Assembly (NCBI GenBank): GCA_001949185.1
Contig: BDGG01000011.1
Coordinates: 1,610,747-1,674,746, forward strand
Direction of reading: 5' to 3'
DNA: 64,000 nucleotides
From: Ramazzottius varieornatus
Taxonomy: Eukaryota > Animalia > Tardigrada
Shown here: one piece after another, positions 1-12,720 of the stretch
Numbering within the stretch: the first letter of the stretch is position 1
Layout: every line of letters starts with the position of its first letter
Made by a program: the position numbers and the translations under genes
The notes under the pieces: model-generated
What the model saw: the letters and a program-made list of their open reading frames with translations, nothing else
The model's database searches: none
Told to the model about the DNA's origin: nothing

Positions 1-390
1 ATGCCTCGTACTAGCTCTCAAAATTGAATAATGACCATGGCGATACCGCACTAGCATTCAGAAATGATTTCCCTTTCTGGAGAAGTTTAAAAACTTTTCA
101 TGAATAGGAAAGTCAATTTTAAAATTTAACACTCATAATACCGGGGGTACAACTCGGTTTTGCAGCGCACGGTTACCTGACCGCAAATCACTTCCTGTGC
201 AGCTTTGGCGGTTCAGTATTTTTTGTTTGCCTGTAGTGGCAAGTTCTCTATGACATGTAGCTGGTGACCGCTGGCTAAACACTACGTACGGAATTAGAAA
301 TATTTTACTAGGTTCCAGGGCAAACTGCTCCCAACACACGTGTTGCTGTAGGTGTTAAGCCAGCTGTAATTTAAACATAAGCTGCGGTGT

Positions 391-540
391 GTCCTTGTGA
401 ATACAAGTTACATACCGCTGTACATTCGAGCCCCGATGTCCAAACACTGCATTCCTGGGAGCAATGTCCTTGTGAATACAAGGTACATACCGTTGTACAT
501 GTGGGCCCCGATGTTCAAACTCTGCATTTCTGAGAGTAAC
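391..540. repeat. Two-copy ~75-bp tandem duplication
   Basis: gtccttgtgaatacaa...ccccgatgt...ctgcatt occurs at 391 and again at 466. Confidence 0.8.
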
Positions 541-779
541 ATCAACAATTCGAAGCTCTCGATCGAAAAATCTCTTCCGCTAACTTTTTCGCACTCTCCC
601 GTTCCCAACATCCTTCTGGATGAAGTTTTTCTATACGTTTGTAAGATCATACGTGTGAAGTTTGGAGTGATTCTGATGAGCATCGTGCTCCCTGGTAGCT
701 CTGTAAAATTACTGTTTCGTCCCTTCTATCAATCAACGCATTGTTTGTGGAGCAACTGCTGCCTGCCATCACGCGACAT

Positions 780-1966
780 GTCTACCACCACCGATGGAGC
801 CTTCGTCGATGCCGTCTATCTCGATTACGAGAAGCATTCGATCGTGCTGATCACGAGCCTGTGGTGGCTGCATTACGTGAGTTTGATTTTTAAACGGTGT
901 CTTTGAATTTCATTTTAGATCATCTCAAAGGAAGACTGCAGGTGACCCTCGTGGATGGATCGCGCTCGGATCAAGTACCAGTTACCAGCGGCGTCCCGCA
1001 GGGCTCGCTCCTGGGTCCTCTCCTTTTCCTGTGCCTTATCAACAGTGAGGTTGGATGCCTGTCGCCGGGTACCCGGATTCTAATCTTCGCTGATGACATC
1101 ATGCTTTACCGGACTATCCTAGGTCCTGATGACGACGTGGCCTTCCAGCAAGATCTACAAAAAGTCCACCAATGGTCCTCCAAAGTCAAGCTAACGTTCA
1201 ATGAGTCGAAATCGTGTTTGTTCGCTTCCAACAGAGAAAGACACCGGAAGCCCCAGATTACCTTCTCGGAACAGCCATCATCCCGAGGAAAAACACCGTC
1301 AAGTACTTGGGCGTCTTCCTCAACCACAAGCTGAACTAGAAAGACCACATTGCCAAGCTGACCATGAAAGCGAAGAAACGAATCCGTTACATCCAGTTCC
1401 TCTTCAGCAAGAAATGTCAGTGAGCCCGAATCACCCTCTTTAAGAGCCTCGTCCTTCCACTGGTCGACTATTGCAGTACCGTATACAATCCTCGCCTCAA
1501 AGGCCTCGTCAACGCCCTCGAAGACTGTCAGCGACTCTTCCTCCGTTCGATCAACCTCGGACCTACATTGGAGGACACCTCGACCGAAAGTTACTGTCAT
1601 CGCCCTCGACAGCTGGGTTTGGAGCCTTTGTTTCTGAAAAGAATTAAATCCTCCCTTATCCTGGCTTACAAGATGGTGTCTAGCCTTGTTCCAGGAAGCT
1701 CTCCTTTTTTTCCGCCTCATTCTGCAGCTACTGCCGTTTTCTCCGTTCCAGGTGGCACGCGAGCAGCTACAGCGCTCCGTGCTCACCCATTCCAGCTTCA
1801 ACTGGCTGGACCTCAGGACGATGGATGGACCGCCGGAAGCTCGGAAAAGTCATTCAACTTCCTCATCTCCCAAATCTGGAAAAATCTCCCGCTCGATGCC
1901 GCTGCCTACGGAACCCTCTCAAGCTTTTCTTCAGCTATGGAAAATGTTCGGTTATCGAGTTTTTGA
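780..1966 (+). mobile_element. 5'-truncated, degenerate non-LTR retrotransposon (LINE) reverse transcriptase fragment
   Basis: RT motifs DAVYLDY, SGVPQGSLLGPLLF, IFADD and KYLGV, spread over frameshifted ORFs 397..906, 897..1334 and 1568..1966, with in-frame stops. Confidence 0.9.
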
Positions 1967-3006
1967 ATCGAAAATAGAGTTTTTGAGAACTTTACTGGGT
2001 AAATACAGTTCTTTTATTTCCGCTGACGGGCTCCGTCACAGTGTAGAACCCGGTCAGTGAAGGCCTTTCCCCTCGGTTCGCTGTCAAGAGTTTAGCAAGT
2101 AGACTTTAAACTTCAGCACCACGCTGAGTTTTCCTTGTCGCCATTTGTCGTCTGATTATTTTCCTGTTTTAACATCTGGATTCTTTTGATCGGGTCGCGA
2201 ACGGTAGCAGACACTTTGTCTGGTTGTTCCTCGACGTTAAACCCAATAAAATCAACTCAACAATGACTGGTAGCAATCAATTGTGGTAGTAATGAAGGAT
2301 CCGTAGTACTATGGTAACAACGCATCCCAACAATCAAATCACAATATTGTTATTGTTGTTTTACCGAGACCGTCCCATAAGGGAGCATACCAGTATGACA
2401 TAAGCATCCGATATTAGGAGCCTGTACCCCCTACCCCCTCTCCGCAAGCACATTCAGGCAATCAACTGGCTTTCATCTAACGGGCGTAAGATTTGGGATA
2501 CCACCACCCCCCTGCTCCTTGCTCACGTAATACTCGTATGCTCTCTAATCAAAAGTTTGTTCCATCCGATACAGGCCGCTACAGCCCTGCTCTCGTCTAT
2601 AGTTTGGCCGGGACGGTTTTGCAATCGAGAGGTCGGGACAGACACAATCCCCTTGTCAGTGTTTTAGGTGGTAGCGATGTGGCCCGAACGGGCTGTACTG
2701 CGTCGAGTCATATGTGTAGGAGCTGGAAAGTGCTTTTCACCGTGGTAGTGCTGACCGACTACAAAAAAGCCGAAGGAACGAGAACTGCAGTATGAAGTAA
2801 GACTGGCAGCAGTGACGTTTTTACTTTTCTAAACTTCGAAATTAAGGTAGCTTTCTGTAGCAAAGGTTCTATTCTAACCGTTAGAATATGTTTACAATTC
2901 GACGCGTAATGGCCGATTTGGGAGCTTCACGGTTAAAACGTTGAGTGCACAAGTCCGGAGGTCCTCTGCGCTCAAGGGAAAAAGTGAGGTGCGCCGTAGA
3001 TAACAT

Positions 3007-4163
3007 TCAAGAAGCGGTGGTGTTTCGGGACTGAAGACTCTTTCGCTGGTTTTGGGAGGTGCTTGCCTCGGCACCTGTTCCGGACGGAGCCACCTGGCCC
3101 GGACGCCTGGGCGCAGAGCGATGGATCAGTGACAGAAAGCTCCTGCGATATGCCGGACTAATCCAGAAGTATATCAGCTGCAAAGGTGTGACAGCTCAAT
3201 TACCAGTACTTTTGTCCCATCTGTTCGGTTGGTACTTACCGGGTTTACGGCGTACAAAATCCCGGGGGTGATACCGCATAAGTTGGTCAACAAAGTGTGG
3301 GCGCGAATGTCCTCAGCCGGAACTGAGGAGCTGATAAGGAGGGGGAGGGAGCATATCACGTTCCAGATGAGAGAGACCAGCAGTGCCTTCACAAAGACCA
3401 AGCGGCGGTCGATCAGTCGCTTCAACCTAGCCGCTTCGCCCGCATTGCGAGGTGGGTTATGCTTCTTCACGTAAGCGGTGCTGAAAATGACTACACACGC
3501 TACGAAAATGAAAAAGTACGGAACAGGAATGGATAAGGACACGCAGAAATTTCCCAAAAAGTTTGTAGTTTTTATTGAACAAAATGTGCTGTTTGGTCCC
3601 ATGGTCACAAACGTCAGCCCAGTTTCTGTGCCTATGATGGATGCCGCGAAGACACTGACGGCCCAACCAGCCACGATCAGGGACCACGTGGTCTTGTAGC
3701 CGCGGAAGGAGTCATAGTAGTGAGGAAAGCATATGGCAACGCTTCGGTTGACACACAGAAAGACATCGGCCCAGCTGATGGCCGTCACGAAGAAGATGCT
3801 GGGAGCAACACTGATGCAGGGTGAAGAGAAGTGCTGCGGTAATGTCCATTCTTGGGCGATGTACATCGGGAATATACTGATGCAGAACAGGAAGCCGCAA
3901 AAGGCCAAATTACCAATCAAGAGTCGTGGACCTCCTTTGGATGTCTTGTCGGCGTAAACAGCCAGGACAAAGGCAAAGTTGGACAGGACCGCCAGAGCGC
4001 GAAAAACGATAAACATGGACAACCAGTCCGTCGTTAGAAGTAACGGTAGACTGGGCCCTCGAATGGATGTGGAATCATTCGAGCCGGTGTGGTTGTCATA
4101 GCTGTTGTTCACGCAAAGGTCGAAAGCTGAGTGCGTACAGTTGAAGTTGTCCAGTCGAGCCAT
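3007..4163 (-). CDS. Class A (rhodopsin-like) 7TM GPCR, divergent chemoreceptor-like; 2 exons (4163-3240, 3177-3007)
   Basis: Seven hydrophobic segments, LIGNLA in TM2, VNRSVAICFP in place of DRY, and NP|LIY (NPxxY) rebuilt across a 62-nt GT-AG intron. Exon 2 reads LIYFWISPAYRRSF...TAS*. Confidence 0.88.
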
Positions 4164-5042
4164 TGTCAGTTTGGTGTGTGGCACAAAGCTCACGGTTACT
4201 ACAGTGGCTCGATGGTCACAGCAAAAACGTTACAACCTGCCGATATCAAATTGAAGCCAAAGAAACCCTTTTAAAGACCAAAGCTTACGCATAAGGAAGA
4301 GTCGCTGCCAAAAGGGCATCTTAATGTGGGGTGCTCTTGCAACGAACATCGATGAAACTTAGTTAATGGGCGCAGTAGCATGGACAGGTGCTACAGTTGC
4401 ACGATCGTCGGATTAAACTGTATGGAGTTCGAGGTGAGGCCAACTATTGGCTTTCTCGATGTATCCAAAAGAAATAATTAGAGTGTCAGGACGATCTTAC
4501 CGATGAGGGCCGTAATCTCTATGCATGTTTTTGCTTTCTTCTGCAGGGTGTGTTACAACTTCAGCTTTAACGGTGAAATTATAGATTTGTACACAAATGC
4601 TGTATAACTACAGCCAGTCATGCACAGCTGTATCGAACCTTTACATCTGTGCATGATTTGCTGATTGGCTCGACTTTTCCGACGGTCTTCAAATAATTTC
4701 TCCATAAAATTCTCTCTTCAAGTCATCGCGGGAATTTTGCCCCGGACTGCCTCTGCCTATCTTTGGAGCTTATCTTTCTGTTCCCTGAGTCCTGTCTTGC
4801 GGAGCTTTCTTCCTACTGACTGCGGGAAGGAAGTTTTAAGGTATCGAATTAGAGAACATCTAATCGGCTGACCCAGATGTTGATGGAAATTGTTACCTAC
4901 AACTACAGTCCAGTCGCTCGAGAAGTGTACATCGTTCTTCGATTTTGATTTACCACCAGTCAAACATTCACCGCATAGCTTGCCAGAAACCAAAGTAAGT
5001 GACGTCAACAGACTACGGCCAATCCATCCGAACAAAAATCAA

Positions 5043-5960
5043 CTACTTTTTTTCTACCATATGGAACGCACCAGCTTTGCGAAAGCAGTTTCGTATGGTC
5101 GAACCGTTGACTTCTGACCATGCCTTCACAATCCATTCGACCGAATGCAGAATTGTCAGGGGCATTTTATACTCCTCGAGATTCTGAACGGCTTTGGCAG
5201 CGCTTTCATGTGCCTGGAAGGCCTCGATAATTCCTTGATCGAGAGGCTGGATCCTGCTAGTTTGTTTAGGAGGCAAGAAAACGAGCTTCACATGAGATAG
5301 ACCATTGACCTTATGGCCCGAAGTCTTGTCTAGCAAGAGCAAGATTTTACGCTTCTGTTTTTTTTCTTTTTCTCGTTCAGCTCTTTCAGCCAAGGAGTAA
5401 AGACGGCCCTCGTCATCCAGGCTTTCTTGTTATTCGCATACGTAAAGCCTGGTTTCTTGAAGTCTAGCTTTACCTTAGTGAAGGCACGCGGCTTTTTGGA
5501 TCGCCCTATGACAAGGGGAGGAAGCTTTTCTCCGGTTGCACTGCAGCAGAGCCTGACCGATATCCGCTCCGTCACTTTTTTTCCGCCTTTTATCCTTTGT
5601 CCGAACTTAAGGAGAGTCTTTCGAGGCGTGTAGCGACAGTAGCTTCCGGTTTCATCACAGTTAAAAATATCCGCGTACTTATACTTCTGGAGGATTTCAG
5701 TCGACTTGTTCTGTATCCAGCCTTCCCCGACTTCGGGATCGCTTTCCGCTTCTTCACCTGCAAGTAATTCCAAACTAACACAAAACTTCAGAGAAGTTAG
5801 TTTGATGGTTAGAATTTCACCTTTCAAAACCACTGTCTGAAGCTGGTTTCTTTTGAGAACTCCAGAAACCCATCCTTGACTACCTTTAAAGTTTTCTGTA
5901 TACAAGTTGCCAGCTGCGAGTCGCGCCTTCTCCTTCAGATCAGTGAAAGACAAGTGAAAG
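5043..5960 (-). mobile_element. Tigger/pogo (CENP-B/DDE_1) transposase remnant, frameshifted, with an intron at ~5759-5821
   Basis: FKGSQGW (CENP-B HTH), FNCDETG, KLPPLVIG, NKKAWMT, LLLDKTSGH and QPLDQGII; frameshift near 5360-5390; GT-AG intron inside the ORF. Confidence 0.9.
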
Positions 5961-5964
5961 ACAA

Positions 5965-6382
5965 GAGTTCGGAAGTCATAGTCCATTGACCGCTACAGTG
6001 CGCCGCGATCACGTGAAAGTTTCTTGATTGCAGTTCGATTGACCACAAAACGATCAGCTGATCGCCTGTACCCTTGACTTTGCACCTCACCACATGCTTG
6101 AATACGCTATAAATACACAAAAGCCAGCCATCCGCTGCACAGTCAACCGTGCAGGCGATCAGCTGATCGTCTTGTGATCAATCAAACTGCAATCAAGAAA
6201 CTTTCACGTCATCGCGGCACACTGTAGCGGTCAATGGACTATGACTTCCGAACTCTCTAGTTTATTCCAGGAACGGAATGATGACTAGATTTTCGGCTCA
6301 GACGACAGAGGAAACTCTTTTCTATCGACCTGGAATGCTGGTTTGAGGATCGGAAGCGGCGGACTGGAAAAATCCCCTCGTC
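5965..6382. mobile_element. Foldback/MITE-like element: palindrome 5965-6256 plus extended arm to 6382
   Basis: gagttcggaagtcatagtccattgaccgctacagtg... is inverted at ...cactgtagcggtcaatggactatgacttccgaactc. 6190-6382 matches 63811-64000 in reverse complement. Confidence 0.85.
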
Positions 6383-6542
6383 AGCTTCCTCGCTAGTACC
6401 CTGTGGGCCTTGTGTTTTCCCTTGTTTGCACTTATATATCCCACTCGTCAGCTCTTTTCGACAGAACACGTTGAAGGTCGTCACTAATAGCTCGGAAGGG
6501 TTAACTAGTGGTCTCCAGCTTGGGCAACTCTCACCGATAACC

Positions 6543-7781
6543 ATGGCGGTTACCCATGAGACCATCACCGTCGGTTGTTTATCCCTAAACCTGACCCGAT
6601 TTGACCATTCTGACAACAGCAACCAATGCTTCAGTGGTGGCAACTGCTCGACTGCAGAGATACGAAGTGGCAGCTTGACCACCGACTGGCTGTCGGCCCA
6701 CATTTTCTTGCGCAGCGTGGCCATCTGCACTAACTTGGCCTTCGTTCTGGCCGTCTACGCCGACAAAACGTCCAAAGGCGGCCCGCGCTTGTTGATCGGT
6801 AACTTGGCTATGTGCAGTTTCCTCTACTGCATTACTATTCTCCCCATCTACACTCTGCAAGAATGGCTGCCCCCAGGAGAAATGCCCTCCTCATGCACAA
6901 TCATCGCTCCCACCATGTTCTTCATGGCTGCCATCAGTTGGGCCGATGTGTCATTGTCGGTCAACCGTACAGTAGCCATTTGCTTTCCTCTGCGCTACAA
7001 CAATTTCCGCGGCTACAAAATCACCTGCGCACTGATTGCCGCCAGCTGGGTTATCAGTGTCTTTGTACCAGCGGTCATCGGTAGCGGTACCGGTGTGAAC
7101 TATGTGGTGGTGATGCTGTCCAGCAACAGCTCCTTCTGTACCATCAGCACCACGAACAATCTGGGGGCTTTTAGCGTCGGCTTGTGTATCCCTATACCCT
7201 ATGCTTTCATTGGTATGGCCTCAATGGCCATCTACAGTACGGCCTATGTTCGGATGAGAAATCCACCGGCCAACGCTGGCGAGGCAGCTAGAGTGAAACG
7301 GATGATCAACAAGCGACTAGTTATCGTCAAGGCCATGTTGGTATCGCTGCTCTGGAATGTCGTCTGTTCGACTCCTGTTTTGCTGACCACTTCGGTACCT
7401 GCTGACGATATTCGCAACCAAACCTTAATCAACAACTTGAACGCCTTGATACCGGGACTATTGTATGCACTCAATCCAGTAAGTCGGCAGCAGGCCATAC
7501 ACTCGTTACTCTGAAGTGAACCGGAAACCCAGCCCTGTACTTTGATGGCTTTTCTTCTTCTGTTGCAGCTGATCTACTTTTGGATTAGCCCAGCTTACCG
7601 ACAAAGTTTCCTGTCGCTTACTCGTTGCCCGCAGCAGAAGAAGACTGCAAAGGTAGCCCCATCCGCAACCGCTGGAACGTCGTCACAAAACCAGGGCGCA
7701 AGTGTTCAATCTCGAGTCACTTCTGTAATGAAGTCAGGCAAAGTAGATACGAAGGTGTGGATTAATTCAGTGCGGAAGTAG
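6543..7781 (+). CDS. Class A 7TM GPCR, paralog of 3007-4163; 2 exons (6543-7478, 7569-7781)
   Basis: High identity to the first GPCR (AVYADKTSKGGPRLLIGNLA, ISWADV, NRTVAICFP) and the same intron position splitting NP|LIYFWISPAYR. Confidence 0.9.
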
Positions 7782-7880
7782 ATTCGGAAAATTCTACCTC
7801 TCCGAGTTGAATCCATGTTTTGCTCTTGATGATATTGATGCCAAGAATGTATTCTGCAACTGCACACAGTTTTCTCGATA

Positions 7881-8276
7881 CGAGGTAAACGTCACAATTC
7901 GGGCGTAGTGATTTTCCCGTCACAATTCGGGCGATGCTGCGGTATGGGATGGCAGCACATGTCACGTTTGAATTACAGCTATCGCGTAAAGCGACAACAG
8001 CGCCTCTCTCGGCCTCTGTTGAGTTTTTTTCCAGGCTTTTTAGCATTACAGCAACACTCCTTTTTTCCGAGCATTGTATCTTCAAGATCTAGGCTGTGCT
8101 TGTGCTCAGATCCATTTGGCTAGATAGGGAAGATCTTTTCCCACAAGATAGCATTGAAAAAACCGGATCGAGCCACGAGGTACGAAATTCTAGACCGCCC
8201 GAATTGTGACGGGAAAATCACTACGCCCGAATTGTGACGGGAAAATCACTACGCCCGAATTGTGAAGTTTACCTCG
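7881..8276. mobile_element. TA-flanked MITE (CGAGG termini) with subterminal 28-bp tandem repeats
   Basis: TA-cgaggtaaacgtcacaattcgggcg ... cgcccgaattgtgaagtttacctcg-TA; unit cgcccgaattgtgacgggaaaatcacta is repeated. Confidence 0.85.
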
Positions 8277-8429
8277 TAGGGCAAATGTCAAGTGGAAATG
8301 TCATAGTGAACTATGTGGTGGCGATGCTGTCCAGCAGGGGGAGGGGGCGCTCCGAAGATCGCAGTGCAGTCCGGTCGCTCGAAATGTGTTCATGCAAGAC
8401 GGGAAATTATGGTACACGCACGACGGGTA

Positions 8430-8635
8430 CTGTATTCCCTCTAAGGTTTCGCGCAGTCACGTGACAGCTCAATAAATATTGCGTGGTGGGGATAAAAGCT
8501 TCACTGCCAACAATCAAAAATTCCTAGCCAATCAAGTGCAGCAATGTGCTGCAATCAAACAATCAGTGGTATGAGGTCCCGGGTGTAATTCACTTGTCTG
8601 TCGCGTGACTGCGCGAAACCTTAAAGGGAATGCAG
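8430..8635. mobile_element. TA-flanked MITE
   Basis: TIR ctgtattccctctaaggtttcgcgcagtcacg / cgtgactgcgcgaaaccttaaagggaatgcag, TA on both sides. Confidence 0.85.
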
Positions 8636-9959
8636 TAATCATGGACAGCAGAAATTATGGGACCAGGCCTTTTCGCTCCGGTGGTACGGAAGCAGTTCCG
8701 TACACGACCGATTCACACTAACGTACTTTTCATCACTTTCCTACAGTTAAATTTCCATTTTACCGTCCTTTCCGCCTGTCCCACGACCTTCACTGTCTCA
8801 TAATTACCCGTAGTGCGCGTACACAAGTGGCAGTTGATCGTCCCGCTCGGATTTCTTTCGCGATTTCGGTGGTGACATCTCTCACAGTAACCGCCTTTTA
8901 TACGTTCTGACTGGGCCACGTTTTCATCTCTTACAGATCGCTGGTGAAATACACACCACCTACCGGGAGCACGGTTGTCCTGGGGAGGGGTGACGGACAG
9001 GTGGCAGCCGGATTTGTTCAAGTTCATATCCTTCGGCAGCTGCTGTCACGCACGACTAACCCTTATACCACCGTTATAAGATAAACCACAAGTGACCGCT
9101 TCATACCCTTGTCCGAGCTCACGTATATTGTCATCTTCCCTAGCGATCATTAGTGCCAAGTTTGATATCAAACTAATTAAGCTCTGTTTCATCTGCCCAT
9201 GGGTGGTACTTTTGGCCTGCTGGCCACTTCGCCGTTCTTCATTTGTGGAATCTTCAACGGCCATAGATCTTGGATCAGTGTCTGCTACATCTTGGCCGTT
9301 TCGGCAAGATGAAATGAGCTCTTGATCATCNNNNNNNNNNNNNNNNNNNNNNNNNNNNNNNNNNNNNNNNNNNNNNNNNNNNNNNNNNNNNNNNNNNNNN
9401 NNNNNNNNNNNNNNNNNNNNNNNNNNNNNNNNNNNNNNNNNNNNNNNNNNNNNNNNNNNNNNNNNNNNNNNNCCATGGGCAGATGAAACGGAGCCTTGTT
9501 CTTTCGGCATTTGATCTGACGATTTCGCCAAATAAATACCGCTGTTATGTCTTGACGTTTTCACCAAATTTGGTAAGCACAAATGAAATGTCAAATCTGG
9601 CACTTTTACCAGATCTGATTGTTTTTTAAAGAGGACCTGTTCAGGAATTGAACCCGCTGCCTCAAAACTCCTTGCGGACGAGCATCTGCCGAGCCACTGT
9701 TCTCAGAACGTTGAGTAAGTCAGAATCTTTCACCTGTGATCCGATAATAATAGTACTAACCTTTATTTCGCTCGAATGCTCGCCAGGCATAGCGCTATAT
9801 GAGCAAAATTGGACAAAGGAGGCAAAAGAGCCGGAGAAAAGCGATAACGAAAACATATCTTCTCCTTCTTTCAAAACAAAGCTTCAAACTAGCGAAACCG
9901 CATCAGTCTGATTTCTGCACTACTTAGGACCCGAGAAGTCCAGTTTACCGACATAAGTT

Positions 9960-12720
9960 CTAAATGTTCCAAAGCTTTCTAGTTCTAATGCAGAAGGACT
10001 AAACAAAGAAACTTTGAGTAAGGCTTCCGCAATGTATGCGAAGGAAGCGATGGTGGAGTCGAGGAGAGAACGCGAGGAAGGAGCCGTTGAGACTGGACGC
10101 ATCATCATGGTTCGGCCTTGCATTCTGGTTCACATGTTCTGGCTCGGCTGGACAATCTTCATTAGCTGCTCTCCGTTTGCGAAGTTCCCTTTCCAGATCT
10201 TGAAAGCATTTACCAGGATGTGCTTGTACCGCCGATGCCACAATGGTTTCCAGCCGACTTCTCGAAGGTGCTGTTGGTATCGCCGCAAGTTCGAGTCGTG
10301 GCTGGGATTTTCTTTGTCGACCGGGCTAAGACGAATGCTTCGGAGGAATTTCTTTTAGAGCGACTCCAGCTGCTTCTGTAGGTCTTGGCAGAGAAGAACC
10401 AGGAAGAAGACGCGTGGTCGACAACTGATCTTACCAGAATGGTGCAGAGAAGCTGCTTCGCTGCTCCGTAGCGCGTTGGAAAGAGGCTGTTGATGGCGTG
10501 AAATCTTCGCCTACACCTTGCCGTAACTTTGTCCACCTGCGCTGTCCAGTCCGCCTTGCTCGAGAACTTGACACCCGAACATTCTGCTTCGCTCACCAAG
10601 GAAATCTTCTTACCGCCAATCATGTAGCTACCGCCAGGACCCTCGACCTTCTTTATCTTGTTTGAGACACGGAAGTGTTGGGACTTCTCAGGATTCAACT
10701 CAAGGCCAGTTGCCTCACACCATACTTTGAGTCCGTTCAGATCTTGCTGAAGTAGTCTACAGTCTTCTTCGCCTTTGATGTATCGCCATAACACTATGTT
10801 AACGGAGTCAACGTAACTCGTTCAGACAGCGGTCGTTCTTCCTGCAAGTTCAGTGTTACTCGACAAGTGCTCGGCTCTGTTCCGACAGACCACGAGACTC
10901 ACGCCTGTGACTGCAGGTATTCCCCAAAAAAAGAGGCTCACTAGTCTAGGCTTCGCTGGACGAGGGTCTTTCACCCCGACTCACGACCAATCCAGGCCAG
11001 AAGGTCAAACACTTCGAGGCCTGGCAATCTAGCCCTAGCAAGGAACAGGAGGAATCAAGCCGGAAGTTGATCGGACTACTACACTATCCTCAACAAGCCT
11101 CTCAGAGATGCCACCAGCAAGCTCACGAGGGAACATTCAGACCATGTNNNNNNNNNNNNNNNNNNNNNNNNNNNNNNNNNNNNNNNNNNNNNNNNNNTAC
11201 TGATGACACGAGGGCCAGTAGACTCAAAAGAATTGAATGGTCCATACGGGTTCAACAATGGCTCCACGCATTCCAGAATATCTGTGGACCCCGGAAGTGG
11301 TCATCTGCCATTCTTCCCCATACTTTGCAGAGAGCCAAGAGTCTCAGCTATCTTGTGAAAGTGCTGATATCGTGATCGGCGACTAACATGGTCTGAATGT
11401 TCACTCGTCAGGGCCCAAAGGGAACACGGAAACAGGGTGCAACACCGGGAAGATATTACATTCGAACAATCAACATGAGCCAATCAAGAGCAAGACCATT
11501 AGGTACAAGCGAAATAGAGAACTGACTTGTGTAAGCATTGACACGATGCCTTGCAAGGCATCCACAGCTGGGAAGCTGGGAATGCCCAGAGGCGCTCCTG
11601 TGACAAGCTTACCTGACATGACATGACTTGACATAATACCGAGAGTCGCCACAGGCACTCCGGTAACAACTATGTCGTCCACGTACTGCATAACGAAGCA
11701 CCGGAGTCCCTTTGCCAGGTTGTTGACGGCGATGATGAACAGGACTGAACCGAGATTTGAGCCTTGAGGAACACCAGACGGCACGCCACGCTCACAGGAA
11801 AATGGCCATTGATGACGACTCTCTGACCTCTGCCTCGCAGGTAATCGGACAAGAGAACTTTCAGCTCACTTTTGACTCCATGGCTTGACAGACGGACGAT
11901 GATGATGGAATGGGAAATCTTGTCAACGGCTTTCGAGCAATCCAGGAACACAGCATCCTTTTCTTCTCTTCGCAGCAACGGTTGGGTGTATTGGTGAGCC
12001 ATGTGGAGCAACTGCATCTCCGTTGCTCTGTCGTCAAAATCCAAACTGCGAACCTAAAAGTAAACCATCTTCATCCAAATAGTCAGTTAAATGGCTAGCC
12101 ACAATCTTCTCGAACAGTTTGGAGATGGGTGAGACAAGCGAAATCGGTCGGAACTGCGAGCTGCCTTTCTTCGGTATTGGAACGACGTTCGCCTGCTTCC
12201 ATGCTGTTGGATACTGGCCTTGGCTGACTATCAGGTTGAAGATTCTGAATAGAGGATACAGGATGGACGTTCCAGCTATTTTTAATAGTCGGTTGGTGAT
12301 GAGGAAAGAACCGGGGGATTTGAAAGAGTCGAGGCGCTGTAGCTGTACAAGCATGATCGGAGTCGTAAAGCGTAGTGGTGGGCAGTGCAGTGTTTCAGAG
12401 GGCAGGATACGGATCGGCTCGCCATGCTGTGGACGGCTCGGGGATTTGGACAGGACGATGTTGCGATGGCGCGAAGACGACGGGGCTTGTCTGACCGGAT
12501 GATCCTCTTCTTGCTAGCTTCAAGTTCCTTCCAACGTAAGAAATCTGCCTGATCCAATGTTCTCCACCATTGCTTGCAAGCTTTTCCATATCTCGTCTGA
12601 CAGTTGATTCCGGTTTCATCCCGTTCTTCGAGGTGCGAGGTACAACTGTTGTCATAGCGTCAACCCCCACCAGTAATCCACAACCAGTACGAGAGTCTTC
12701 CGATTAGGACGGCTGTGAAA
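9960..12720 (-). mobile_element. Degenerate LINE ORF2 (RT domain), interrupted by an insertion at 10797-11668
   Basis: AWKQANVVPIPKKG, FRPISLVSPISKLFEK, QFGF, AVFLDCSKAVDKI, SGVPQGSNLG and QYVDDIV|LWRYI across several frameshifted ORFs. Confidence 0.9.
10797..11668. mobile_element. Probable solo LTR (or collapsed LTR retrotransposon) inserted in the LINE RT
   Basis: TG...CA ends with an inverted terminal repeat (tgttaacggagt / actccggtaaca) and a 4-bp ACTA duplication at 10793-10796 and 11669-11672. Removing it restores DDIVLWRY. It contains an N gap. Confidence 0.8.

Noticed and set aside
1106-1801. 231-aa minus-strand ORF
   Set aside because: Antisense shadow of the LINE RT.
6257-6730. 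157-aa minus ORF sharing a peptide with 63664..63951
   Set aside because: The similarity comes from a shared non-coding repeat, and the rest is antisense to the GPCR.
9046-9603. ORFs spanning N runs (also at 11067, 57508 and 60257)
   Set aside because: Artefacts of translation through assembly gaps.
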